Below are positions 44,105 to 55,040 of a DNA stretch of 64,000 bases, one piece after another. A program made the position numbers and the translations under genes. Position 1 is the stretch's first letter. Each line of letters opens with the position of its first letter. Under the pieces are notes generated by a model. The model did not search any database. It was not told where the DNA came from and saw nothing but the letters and a program-made list of their open reading frames with translations. The DNA lies in the NCBI GenBank assembly GCA_000004985.1, contig GG738889.1, one strand, 5' to 3'. The DNA comes from Naegleria gruberi. Its lineage: Eukaryota.

Positions 44105-45819
44105 ATGATGAAGAAAATCGTTTCTGGTACCTCTGCTAGCAGACGTATCACTTCTGTTGAAACTGTAAAGAAGATGTTGTTCGCTCAACAAAGCAGATTT
44201 GAATCCAAAGTTTATTCATTCAATATTGATAAGGTAAGAATTGTCCGATATGTTGTTTCTATCATGATGTTTTCTGATGAATGATTTTTATATGTATTGT
44301 TATTTGATGTTGCTAAAACATGTTTGTTGTGGATTTGATGCACTTTTTGTATAATGTTGTGTTTTTGAAAATTGATTGGATTTTTTCGTCATCATGATTT
44401 TATTGGCTTATTGTTATAATACATTTCTACTATCATTATTGCTATCATATCATCAACAACTATATATGAATATATATTATATACAAAAAACATTCCTAAC
44501 AACAATTGATAATATCTATTATTAACGTTACCTAATATTATTATTGATAATAATACAACTATTAATTCATATTATAATCACATCATCATCCAACTAATAA
44601 CAATGAAATGATAATAGGAAAAGGCTTTCAAGTTCCATCTCCCAACCAAACATATGGAAGGTATTAACTGGGAAGGTCCAAAGTCTGAAGTTAAACTCAC
44701 TAAGGAAGAATTGATTGCCATGTACCGTATGATGGCTTTGATTAGAAGATTTGAATTGGTTTCTGACCAACAATACAAGGCTCGTAACATTCGTGGTTTC
44801 TGCCATTTGTACAGTGGTCAAGAAGCTATCTGTGTTGGTATTGAACATGCCACCAATCGTGCTGACTCTGTCATTACTGCTTATCGTGATCACGGTTTCC
44901 AATTGTGTAGAGGTGGTTCTGTTGAAAGCACCATGGCTGAACAATTAGGTCGTGCCACTGGTTGCTCAAAGGGTAAGGGTGGTTCTATGCACATGTACAA
45001 GATTGACCAAAACTTCTTTGGTGGTAACGGTATTGTCGGTGCTCAAGTCCCAGTTGGTGCTGGTCTTGCCTTTGCTCACTCCTATTTGGATAGATTGAAT
45101 AACAAGCAAACCAAGGATAAGAATGTTACTTTTGCTCTCTATGGTGATGGTGCTGCTAACGTAAGTTGTTTCAATATTAATGGTTTTAACACAAACAATT
45201 TGAATTTGCATTTTCACATAATTATTACATTTTTCAATATATATTTAAATAATAGCAAGGGCAAATCTATGAAGCTTTCAACATGGCCAAGTTGTGGCAC
45301 ATTCCAGTTATCTTTGTCTGTGAAAACAACAAGTATGGTATGGGTACTTCCATGCAACGTTCTTCTGCTTCTACTGATTACTACACTAGAGGTGATTTCA
45401 TTCCAGGTATTTGGGTTGATGGTATGGACATTATTGCTGTCTATGAAGCTGCTCGTTATGCTAAGGAATATTCTCAACAATTTGGTCCAATCGTTCTTGA
45501 ACCAGAAACTTACAGATATTATGGTCACTCCATGTCTGATCCTGGTATTTCTTACAGAACCAGAGATGAAGTCAATGAAGTCAGAAATACTAGAGATCCT
45601 ATTGCCAGATTGAAGGCTAGAATGATCGAACAAGGTATTGCTACTGAAGATGAATTGAAGGAAATTGATAACCAAGTTAAGGAAGAAGTTCAACAAGGTA
45701 CTGAAAAGGCTATTGCTGCTCCACTCCCACCTCTCCACGAACTCGTTGAAGATGTCATGGTTGGTCCACACGTTGTCAGAGGTAGAACTGTTGACGAAAT
45801 GTACTCATTCAGTAAATAA
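44105..45819 (+). CDS. PDHA: pyruvate dehydrogenase E1 component alpha subunit, mitochondrial; 3 exons
   Basis: Exon 1 (44105..44233) is [23 protein letters not shown]...NIDK, a presequence. Intron 44234..44617 is 384 nt (GTAAGA..ataatag). Exon 2 (44618..45160) is [21 protein letters not shown]...YRMM...[12 protein letters not shown]...GKGGSMHMY...YGDGAAN. Intron 45161..45255 (GTAAGT..aatag). Exon 3 (45256..45819) is [32 protein letters not shown]...[12 protein letters not shown]. This is a close match to PDHA1 throughout. Confidence 0.85.
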
Positions 45820-45928
45820 ATTAATTTGCACTCTTTTCAATTTTCAACGATAAATTGTTTACTCTTTAGTTTATGCTTAATGATTCATCAAATGGAATTG
45901 AATAATGAAATAAGACTAATTGAAATAT

Positions 45929-46693
45929 TTATTTATTAAGCGAATTGAAACATTCATCAATTTCTTTCATATAATTACTCAATTTTCTATCTGCATTCTC
46001 CATAATATAATCTTTGGAAAGTTGTAATTTCGGATTGCTTCCGTGTTTGAGTTGATACAAGAGCAACAATTCCTCTGTTGTTCCAATGGATTGATAGAGT
46101 TTATCTCGTTCTACATTTTGTTTGGCTTGTTGAAGGAGTGATTTCCTTATGAATGGTAGCAGATTTTCACGTACAAATTTGTTGTGAAATGCTTGATGAA
46201 GAGATTCAACGTGACCTTCCAATCCTACTTGTTTCACCTTATTATTAGCAAGTATTCCTTCAATACTGACATCAGAGAGGGAATTCATTTTAGCTGACTG
46301 CAGAAAATTCCTACAAACAATCTGATACTGATTGAGGAAGGTTTTCAATTTTCTAATCTTTTTCAATTTCTTCTGTATTTGAACTTTTTGATTGGCACTT
46401 GTGGTATTCATTGAAGTGAGTGCATTCTCCATGATATCCAATTCTTTCAAATTACTTTCCACTTGATAATCACGAAATAGATAATCCTCCAAGGTTTGAT
46501 AGAGTGTTGGATAATTTTCCATCGATGATGACATTGATTGTTCTATTATATTTTCTTGTTCCGTTGCAACATTCGAATCTAATTGTTTAATTTCCTCCTT
46601 CTCCGATAATGTTGATGCTACTGCAGGTGTTTGTAAATCTAAAGAGGAAGCAATAGAAGGAAAATCTTCACTACTCATATCATTAATTTCCAT
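45929..46693 (-). CDS. hypothetical protein, 254 aa, no recognised domain
   Basis: ATG at 46693..46691. Single ORF, MEINDMSSEDFPSIASSLDLQTP.... It converges on the PDHA 3' end. Confidence 0.45.
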   Translation of the reverse strand: MEINDMSSEDFPSIASSLDLQTPAVASTLSEKEEIKQLDSNVATEQENIIEQSMSSSMENYPTLYQTLEDYLFRDYQVESNLKELDIMENALTSMNTTSANQKVQIQKKLKKIRKLKTFLNQYQIVCRNFLQSAKMNSLSDVSIEGILANNKVKQVGLEGHVESLHQAFHNKFVRENLLPFIRKSLLQQAKQNVERDKLYQSIGTTEELLLLYQLKHGSNPKLQLSKDYIMENADRKLSNYMKEIDECFNSLNK

Positions 46694-46756
46694 CTTGTTT
46701 CATTTTTTTAAATTTTATTAATTTTTAATTACAATTACAATGAATTTTATTTACAA

Positions 46757-47395
46757 TTACTTTTCATCCGTATAGAAAGTTTCATAGAAAAAGTCAACTA
46801 CAGGTGCAAAGAAACCCCACGTTGTTGCATTATCCAATTTTCTAGTCTTGTTCTTAAAATCGATACTTTCATTGGAAAGAGTTTCAGTTTTATCCACTAG
46901 TAAATCCAACTCATCTGCTCTTACAATACATTTATCAATATTCGATATCATTACATTCTGAATTGCTTCAATTCTCTTTTTACATTTCTTAATTTGATCA
47001 CTCTGTGGATTATTATTATAATAATTCAATACTTCCTTAATTGAATTCTTAAATTCTTTATGAGGAATTGAATATGACTCTTTAGATTTATAGCAAGTAA
47101 ACCATCTATCCCGTATCCTCTCACAACACTTCTTTGAACAATATTTACTAAAGTTAATATCACACAGTAGGAGAATGGTAATTTCATCCTTGACTAGGAA
47201 GGGAATTAGCAATGATTCAAACATACTAATATTAAATGTATCGAGTGGAGGTATTCTATTGATCATACTCTCAATCACAAACCTCAAATCCTTTCCTAAT
47301 TTATTGGATGAATAGGTTGCTTCACTAAGAATTTGATTTCCCTTAGCAATTACACAGTGGAGAATTTTTGAATCTTCAAATCCTGGTGTTGTCAT
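46757..47395 (-). CDS. longin-domain R-SNARE-like protein (Sec22/VAMP7/Ykt6-like), atypical C-terminus
   Basis: ATG at 47395..47393. The N-terminus is a longin-like fold (ILHCVIAKGNQILSEATYSSN...). The SNARE heptads are NVMISNIDKCIVRADELDLLVDKTETLSNESIDFKNKTRKLDN, with the conserved R in position 'RADELD'. The C-terminus WGFFAPVVDFFYETFYTDEK is not a clear TM helix. Confidence 0.55.
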   Translation of the reverse strand: MTTPGFEDSKILHCVIAKGNQILSEATYSSNKLGKDLRFVIESMINRIPPLDTFNISMFESLLIPFLVKDEITILLLCDINFSKYCSKKCCERIRDRWFTCYKSKESYSIPHKEFKNSIKEVLNYYNNNPQSDQIKKCKKRIEAIQNVMISNIDKCIVRADELDLLVDKTETLSNESIDFKNKTRKLDNATTWGFFAPVVDFFYETFYTDEK

Positions 47396-47935
47396 TGTTT
47401 GATGATATTATTTTGATTTGATGGTAATTTATATAATTTAATATTTAATATATATACTATTAATACTATTATTGATGTGATGATGGATATAATGATGATG
47501 ATGAATTATTCTTAATAATAATTATTATATTACTATTATATAATACAACTATCGCAATAGGAGATTTTCCTTAATATAAATTTGAATTAATAAATTAATC
47601 TTGATGTAACAATAATAATACTATGACAATAAACAATAAAATATTAATGTGAGAATTATAAATATTCCTCTCTTAATATTTCAAGTTGATATTAAGGATG
47701 ATATCAACTGTCAGAATGCGATAACGAATGGATTGTTCCTAATTTTTTTTTAACTAACTGTATTCATTGAATCAACACTGTGGTGGATATAAAAGAGAAA
47801 TACACACCAATTAAGGACCAGTTATCTTTTACAGTTCTATAAATATTTTCCCATCAAATCAATTAAATTATTAAAAATTAAATAATTTAATAAAATTAAT
47901 TCAATAACGAATATTAAATTTAATAATGAAAATAA

Positions 47936-48355
47936 TTATTCCGATAAATGTTTGATAGCAGCTGCATTTTCCTCCCAATTTTCACCATCAAACTTTTCCA
48001 CCTGATAATCCACCTTGCATTCATCCACAATACATCTCATATTGACACTCCAACCATCGGGATTACTTCTCGGCTTGTAGAAGGTACAAATTCCACACTT
48101 TGGACAAAAGTAGTGCTTTGCCACATGTGTCTGGAAGGTGTAGCAACCTAAATCACTCAATGATGAAGGACTTTTCAATACAAAATTACTCTCACTTACA
48201 ATGTGATGGAGGAAACCTTTCTTTTTGCATATGGAACAATTACAATCGAGAACTTGGAGGTTTTGAAGAGATTCGGGAGATTGTGCTGTTTCGCATTGCA
48301 TGAAACCACAATGGCATGAGAAGGTGAGTATTTGCATTTTTTTATTGTAAAACAT
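47936..48355 (-). CDS. GFA / CENP-V-like zinc-binding protein
   Basis: ATG at 48355, with an alternative ATG at 48339 (MQILTFSCHCG). The Cys ladder (CHCG...C...CNCSIC...C...CPKCG...C) is typical of the glutathione-dependent formaldehyde-activating / Mss4-like fold. Confidence 0.55.
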   Translation of the reverse strand: MFYNKKMQILTFSCHCGFMQCETAQSPESLQNLQVLDCNCSICKKKGFLHHIVSESNFVLKSPSSLSDLGCYTFQTHVAKHYFCPKCGICTFYKPRSNPDGWSVNMRCIVDECKVDYQVEKFDGENWEENAAAIKHLSE

Positions 48356-48706
48356 TTAACAATTTCAATATTGAAAAACCTTTAAATAGATTGAAAAAAT
48401 CTTGGAAAGATTCTCCTCGAGGAAGTATTATTATTCATTCTATTGTGAAGAACCATTCAACAGAAACTCTTTACCCAAAAATGTTCAACAGTAGTGTGTG
48501 AAATTTTTCAATTGTGTAACAACATCAAACTTTTCACACAAACAAGAGCTGCGAAGAAAGGAATAACATCTTAGCTTCTATTGGATGAATTCTTCCGAGG
48601 GTGTAAGGGTGAAAATTCAATTATCTCTCTTGATGATTTTCACTTTCAAAAAAGAATAAGCATGCTTAATATTTGCTTCATCTACGTTTAGCAATCTAAA
48701 AGCAAA

Positions 48707-51700
48707 ATGCCAATTTTCATAAGGAGAACTACTGGGAGAGAACATTGTTTATGTAATACTAATAGTGAGGGATTGAGTAGGAGCTTGAAATCATCGCATT
48801 CACCTCAATATAATATTAATATTTCACAAAACTCATCATCAATTACTTCATCAAAACCTGCTTCATCGATGGTGAGGAATAAGACTACTATTTATACATC
48901 GATATTTCATATATTAGTTGTATGTCTATTCTTCCTACCAACTTGGTTTGCAGTTGTACTTTATGTGAATGCCCAAAATCAACCTTTCACATGTGGTGGC
49001 TATCTACCTGACGATGATAGAGTTTGTAATTTTAGAAAGGGAATGTGTATTGGAGAGGATATATGTGTTTGTTCAAATGGATTTCAAGGAGATTCCTGTT
49101 CTATAACCACATGTTTTGGTATAAGGTCAGATTCAACAAGTGTTTGTTCTGGAAGTGGATATTGTGAATCGTTGAATAATTGTACTTGTACATTGGGTTG
49201 GAAAGGTATTGCGTGTAATGAAAGAGTTTCAGATAGGAATAATCAATACAGAGCTTTGGAATCAAATAATTCCACAATTTCAGAGAATGTTGACTTTATC
49301 GAGGCAGTAATTACAATGCCAAATGTCAACCAATTCAGTTCATGTGGAGCCATTTCAGTAGATGGTTCTTCAAGTCACTCAGCAGATGGGAGACCATTAA
49401 TATATTATTGGTTGTTATTTGATTCGAAAATGAATTTACTTGCAGATAACTTCCCTCACCAACCAATCATTACTCTAGAATCGAGTATTCCATCAGGATC
49501 TTATAGAGTGGGATTGATAGTTCAGAATACTGTCTTGAAAATCAATAGTTCTATAACTGTTTCTCCAATTTTCACAAAGGCAACTTCACCACTTCCAATG
49601 TTGACCATGTATAGGGGAGAAACAGTGATTGAAAAGTATTCGAATGAGTTTCCAATAACATTGAAGAAGATTGTGAGTGATTCTTCATGTAAATCCTCAC
49701 AAGATGTTCTCCATATTGAATGGACCCAATTGAGTGGACCTTTCATCAATCACACTATTGATACTTTCAATAATTTGCATATTCCAAAGTTGAAAGTCTT
49801 TGGAAATTACACATACCTATTTAGAGTTTCAACATTTTACAAAATAAGTGCTAAAGTTTCTTTGAATGTGACTTTGAGTACAAATTCACCAAAATTGGAA
49901 TTGAATATTTTACAAACTGAATCTACAAGTGAGTTGACCACTTTACAAATTGATTATGTAGATCCAGAAGCTTTATATAATGAAGAATCGACAGAAGTTT
50001 GGAAATGGACTTCATCCAATCAAAGTCCTCAACTCTTAACAATACAAAATTTGTCCAAATCAAAATCTTTACAATTTTCAATTTCTTCTAAATTATTGGA
50101 AACAAGGGCTGATTCCATTATTTTAACTTTGGAAATTAGAAAGAGTGATGGAAGAAGTGTTCAAAAATCAACAACCATCAACTTTAACAATATTCCTCCT
50201 CTTGTAAATATTGTAAATATTGAACCACCTTCAAATGTCATTTTACCAGGTCAGCTCATTCCGATTCAAACTTTGACAATTTCAAACTCTTCGAACACAA
50301 CATGGATTCTGAATGGTAAGATTGTTGATTCTTCTTCCATTATCCAACAAGCTTCTCCAGGAATGGAAACAAATACCATCCTAATTGACTCTTCAAATTT
50401 GGAAGAAGGATCAGTCAACTCTTTAACAATAATTACCTATGATACCAAGACTGGTCTGTCAACACAGAATAGCCATTCATTCCGAGTAGCACAAATTGTA
50501 AGACAATTGATAACAATATTGATTACAGATATGGTTTTATAGACGATAGATCTCAATCAAAGATTGTAATGTACAATTTGGGAGAAGTTTACTCAACCAA
50601 AATGCCATCTCCTTTTACTGGAACATCTGTCACTTGTTTCTTTGATATTGTGGACAAAACCACAGGCGCATTCTCAACAACCTATTCCAATGTCACCATT
50701 TACAAACCAATCATTCAAAACTTTGCTGATATCCAATCAATTGTCCAAAAATGGGAAGATCAATCCATTCCCTATTCCTTAGATGGTGATTTCAGTAAGA
50801 GCATCTACCAATCAGCTTCCACTTCAAGAACTGATGCAGTTTTATTGAAAGAGGCCATGTTATCCAATAGTAGAAGTCATAGCCGTAAAGTTTCTGTTAT
50901 ATGCCTTAATGGTGTTGAAGTTTCAGGCGAGTGCAAATGTAAGGATGGTTGGATGGGGCAACGTTGTGAAATTTCCATTGGGGACTTTTCAAATATTCAA
51001 GGAACAAAGCTTTCAATATTGAGAGATATGATGTTTGTGGTGAATAGAACATATGGTATGAGTGATGAATATTTGTCCTTGATGTCATTTGCAATGGATT
51101 CCTTGTTAGTGAACTATCAATTTTTGGATACGAGTACTATATCAGAAATATTGAATAATTTGAATTTAATCTTGGATTATGCATTATCAGATGAAAATGT
51201 GAGAGTTTCAGTAGGTGTGGATACCTTACTTGATAATTGTATTGAATCTGCTTACAAATATATTAAGGATCGTCAATATGTCAACAATCATACTTCAAAC
51301 TCTTATAACTTACATGCTGCACTCAAGAAAGTATCCATGCTTCAAGCAAGAAGCTCTGTAATTGGAAGTACAGGAAAGAGTAAGAAGGGACCTTTCTTTT
51401 CTTCTGTTTTACATAGGAATACTGTTTATGATTTCCTAAGATCTATTATTGATCCTATTTCAGAGTGTAAAATAGTATTCGATTCTTATTTCTTTTCATT
51501 TTCTACTTTAAGTTCAACGATTGTGAAGAAACCTTTCGTTTCGGTGCTGACAGTTTCAGATGATGTGTTTTCACTGAATAGCAGATTGGGAATGACTCAT
51601 AAATCTGAAAGTCAAATCACGTATTCGAAACTTATTTCTCGAATAGTGTCAATTGATTTCTCAGAGTTACCAGTTCAAGTACATGGGAGTAAGATTTCCT

Positions 51701-52320
51701 ACATCATTCCTTATAACATTACTGACAAAGAAGAACCAGCCCAATTTACCAATTTGGAGTTAGCTGAAAAGAACACAACTGTCAGTTGTGGAGATTTCAG
51801 AAGTGGATCACCAACCATCTTGAGAAGTGATTGCACATTACAAACAAGAAATACCACTCATGTGGTTTGTACATGTGTTAGTTTTACAAATGTCTTTGTT
51901 GTAGAAACGACAGTTGTGACCTATCATTCCTATGTCTATGTGCTTGCCATTGTAGTTTCTTCCATTGTAGCTTGTGTTTTATTCTTGCTGATTGCTATTG
52001 GTGTACTAGTCACTATCATCATTAAAATTAGGAGAAACAAAGGAACAACTGCCAACAAACCAGAAACAGTAACAAATACTTCAACCTTCTCACTCAGAGT
52101 TCAGGAAGTTGAAATTGAAACATCATCCTATGGAAGGGGTCAAACACCTCTTGGTGTTTACGATACCATTACTCCACAAGAAAAATCTAATAGCTTTGCA
52201 GTTCAATCTGTTTATCATATGAATCGTAAGAGATCACAAGTGATTCCTCTTCGTATCGACTTGTTAGATGAGAAGTATTGTGATAACTTGTCGAGTAACG
52301 GATCTGATTGCGAATTATAA
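48707..52320 (+). CDS. large single-pass (type I) receptor-like protein, about 1180 aa: EGF-like modules, GAIN-like domain with GPS-like Cys motif, TM helix, cytoplasmic tail; 2 exons
   Basis: ATG at 48707, with an in-frame alternative at 48869 (MVRNKTTIYTSIFHILVVCLFFLPTWFAVVLYVNAQ, a signal/anchor). The EGF-like part is CIGEDICVCSNGFQGDSCSITTCFG...CESLNNCTCTLGWKGIACNE. A 65-nt intron 50498..50562 (GTAAGA..tcaaag, phase 0) joins the track ORFs 48707-50542 and 50569-52320 as ...RVAQI|IVMYNLGEVY.... A second EGF follows (CLNGVEVSGECKCKDGWMGQRCE), then a helical subdomain and the GPS-like motif C(SCG)DFRSGSPTILRSDCTLQTRNTTHVVCTCVSFTNVFVVE. The TM helix VYVLAIVVSSIVACVLFLLIAIGVLVTIII precedes a 95-aa tail. 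Confidence 0.65.
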
Positions 52321-52341
52321 ATAATTACATTTGTTTAACAT

Positions 52342-54602
52342 TTATTGACCTTCTTTGATAATCTTGAAAAGCGAACTAATATTATTATTCTTAATTGCCT
52401 TTCTACATTCTGAAACAACACGATTCTTTGGTTCTCCTATTCTTAATCTAGCAGCTTTTTGAATCATTTGGTTGACTTCTTTCAATGCAGTTAACAATTG
52501 ATCGTGGTTGGTACTTCTCTTCTTGTATTCACCGATCAATCCCTTGTTGACACTGTGGAGTTCATTATACATGGATCTTACAGATTTCATATCTGCAATC
52601 ACTCTGGAATCTTCTGCTTTAATGACGTAGGCCTTAATAAGCTGAGAGCTATCAGCCATTTCAGCAGTCATCTTTAATCTGTTAGAATTATATTCTTCGA
52701 CACTTTGTGTAATCTGTTCGAACTTTTCAAATTCAACTGGGAAGTCACACTTGGAATCTAATTCCTTGATAGACAAGAATGCACAAACATCTTGGAATAA
52801 ATCACCAGCAACTTCCATATCGTCAACGCTGATAGTCATCATTCCGTCCTTGTAGAGTAATCTGAGAGGAGATCCATCCCTCAGACTTGTAAACTTGGCA
52901 TCTATCACATCAGCCTCTCCTTCAAGCTTAAATACAATGTTAAAAGATTCATTCAACCACATAATAATTCTCTTAACTCTTTCACCTAGAACGAAATTGA
53001 GAACAGATTTTGGAGGTCTAGGATGTTCTCCTGGTATGTACATTGCAAATCTAGGAAGTGTATAACTCAAGTTGAAGATGTGGTATTTAGAACCCAAGTT
53101 GAAACCAACCATAACTTGAATTCTCATTTCCACTGCAATGTTCTTTTCCGGTCTCAAACTGACCTTAATTTCATTCGATGGATTCTTAGAGTAGACCATA
53201 CTGGTATCTGTTGGGAAGAGTTGTTCTGCGGTAATGATTGCTGATCTGATAATATTTTCCGCATCGGTTCTAAAAACAATATCAAGACAATTCTCTTGAA
53301 TATTAGGATTCAAGTTACATTTGACCTTAGAGTCTGATCTAATAAGAGAAGAGTCAATATCACCATTCTTGAGCTTTTTAAGATTTTCCTCGTAGTTTTT
53401 AAGCTCATTGGTCAATTCTTCTCTCTTTTGAATGAGTTTTTCAATTAGTTCATCGAGAGAGGAATCTTCCACTTGTTTTGTAAGATTTTCCTGAGCTGGT
53501 ACATAACCCTTAAGGTCACCACTAACAGAACAACAAATCAATTCATCATGACCATCCATTCTATAATCAGCTACTATTAAACCAGCGACAGATTCCTTGA
53601 GAGAATCTTTGTGAATTAATCTACCATCTTCTTGTTTTCTTACTTCAAGTTTTCCACTATTATAACCAACAATAATATCTGGAACTCCATCTTTAAGAAT
53701 GTCGTATCCAACCATACCATTAACGGCACTCTTAGACTTATTTTTCCAAATTCTATTTGATCCTTTGTATAATCCATAAGTATTACTAGATAAAGCATAT
53801 CCAAAACTTCCACCATTCAAATCGCAAAGCTCTGTAACAGCTGAGGTTTCTTTACATTCAGCAATAATTGATTCGTCTTGATAAATATATATTACATAAT
53901 CGTCAGATCCTACAAGTAATTCATTCTCATTATCACCATTAACATCAGCCAAGCATAAAGAGGTGACATCACCACCTGCAGTAGTCCAAAATTGTTCCTC
54001 ACCATCTCCATCATAACCTTGAATTGAGCAATTTCCACCAACAAAAACAAGTGGATTTGCATGTGATCCAAGCTTTCCGAAAATCATTCTATTTACACCA
54101 TCTTGAACATCTCTGTAGTAAATATCCGAGTTTGTATCAACATTATAGGCCATCAAATTGGTTTGAGTACCAATCATCAAGGTTTCTCTTCTGACTCCTT
54201 GTTTAAAGGCGCCAGAGGCAACACAATTAACGTCCTTATTGACATTCAAGAAGGTTACTATTTTGAAAGAATATTACTAATATTTCTTCAATATTGGATA
54301 CCTACATTGATTTCCTTGATTTGTTTCATGAGGATTGTGTACCATCACCTTACCCGAACTAGTACCAGCAGCAAGACAAGGTCTATTTCCATCGACTAGT
54401 TTTCATATACAAAATTCATACAATCCAACATTGAAATACAATTTAATCAATCCAATTCAGGTCCATCATTGACCAATAAATCAATGAATAGTAGCATTAT
54501 CGTTCCGTAACTTCTTTGATGAAAGCACTTACATTTTCCTACTGCTACAGTTCCCTTCGTGATGGGGTGTCCCAAATTTACTTGAAAGGTTGGATTCAAC
54601 AT
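52342..54602 (-). CDS. BBS2: Bardet-Biedl syndrome 2 protein homologue (BBSome subunit); 3 exons
   Basis: Exon 1 (54533..54602; ATG at 54602..54600) is [23 protein letters not shown]. Intron 54396..54532 (GTAAGT..aactag, phase 1). Exon 2 (54306..54395) is [30 protein letters not shown] (human [24 protein letters not shown]). Intron 54258..54305 (GTAGGT..aaatag, phase 1). Exon 3 (52342..54257) is [16 protein letters not shown]...[14 protein letters not shown]...[13 protein letters not shown]...[13 protein letters not shown]...[25 protein letters not shown]...ELKNYEEN...LPRFAMYIP...[36 protein letters not shown]. It is collinear with human BBS2 along the whole length. Confidence 0.85.
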
Positions 54603-55040
54603 TTTTTTCTTTCTGTAGAATTTGTTTGGCGCCAAAAGAAAACCTTTTAAAACTTTTCAAATTTCATTCATGATCTTTGAAGCATTTGCTTTCTCATTGA
54701 CATAAAATTGAAGATAAGATATTGAGAAATATTCATGCTGTGATAAGAGATGTTCCACTTGGTTGATTCTTAATATTGTTGTATGTCTGATAAGGCAGAT
54801 ACCAGTTTTGGCGCCAAAATTTTGTACAAATTTTCTAATAAAAAATGAGTCGACCAACTAGTGCACCAATCACCAAGGGTGATAAACAGGCTCGTGTGCT
54901 GTGGTTGAGCCAATATAAAGCGTTAAAAGCAAAGTAGGTTGAATAATTATGCGGAATATTCATGATCGTGTATTGTTGTCGAAATAAGGGAGGAAAATTT
55001 TAAGAGGGAAATTGCAAATCACTTTATCAATAATCCGAGA

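Noticed and set aside
44260-44300. Box C/D snoRNA in the long PDHA intron (TGATGA at about 44272)
   Set aside because: There is no CUGA D box or terminal stem within about 60-120 nt, so a single 6-mer is not evidence.
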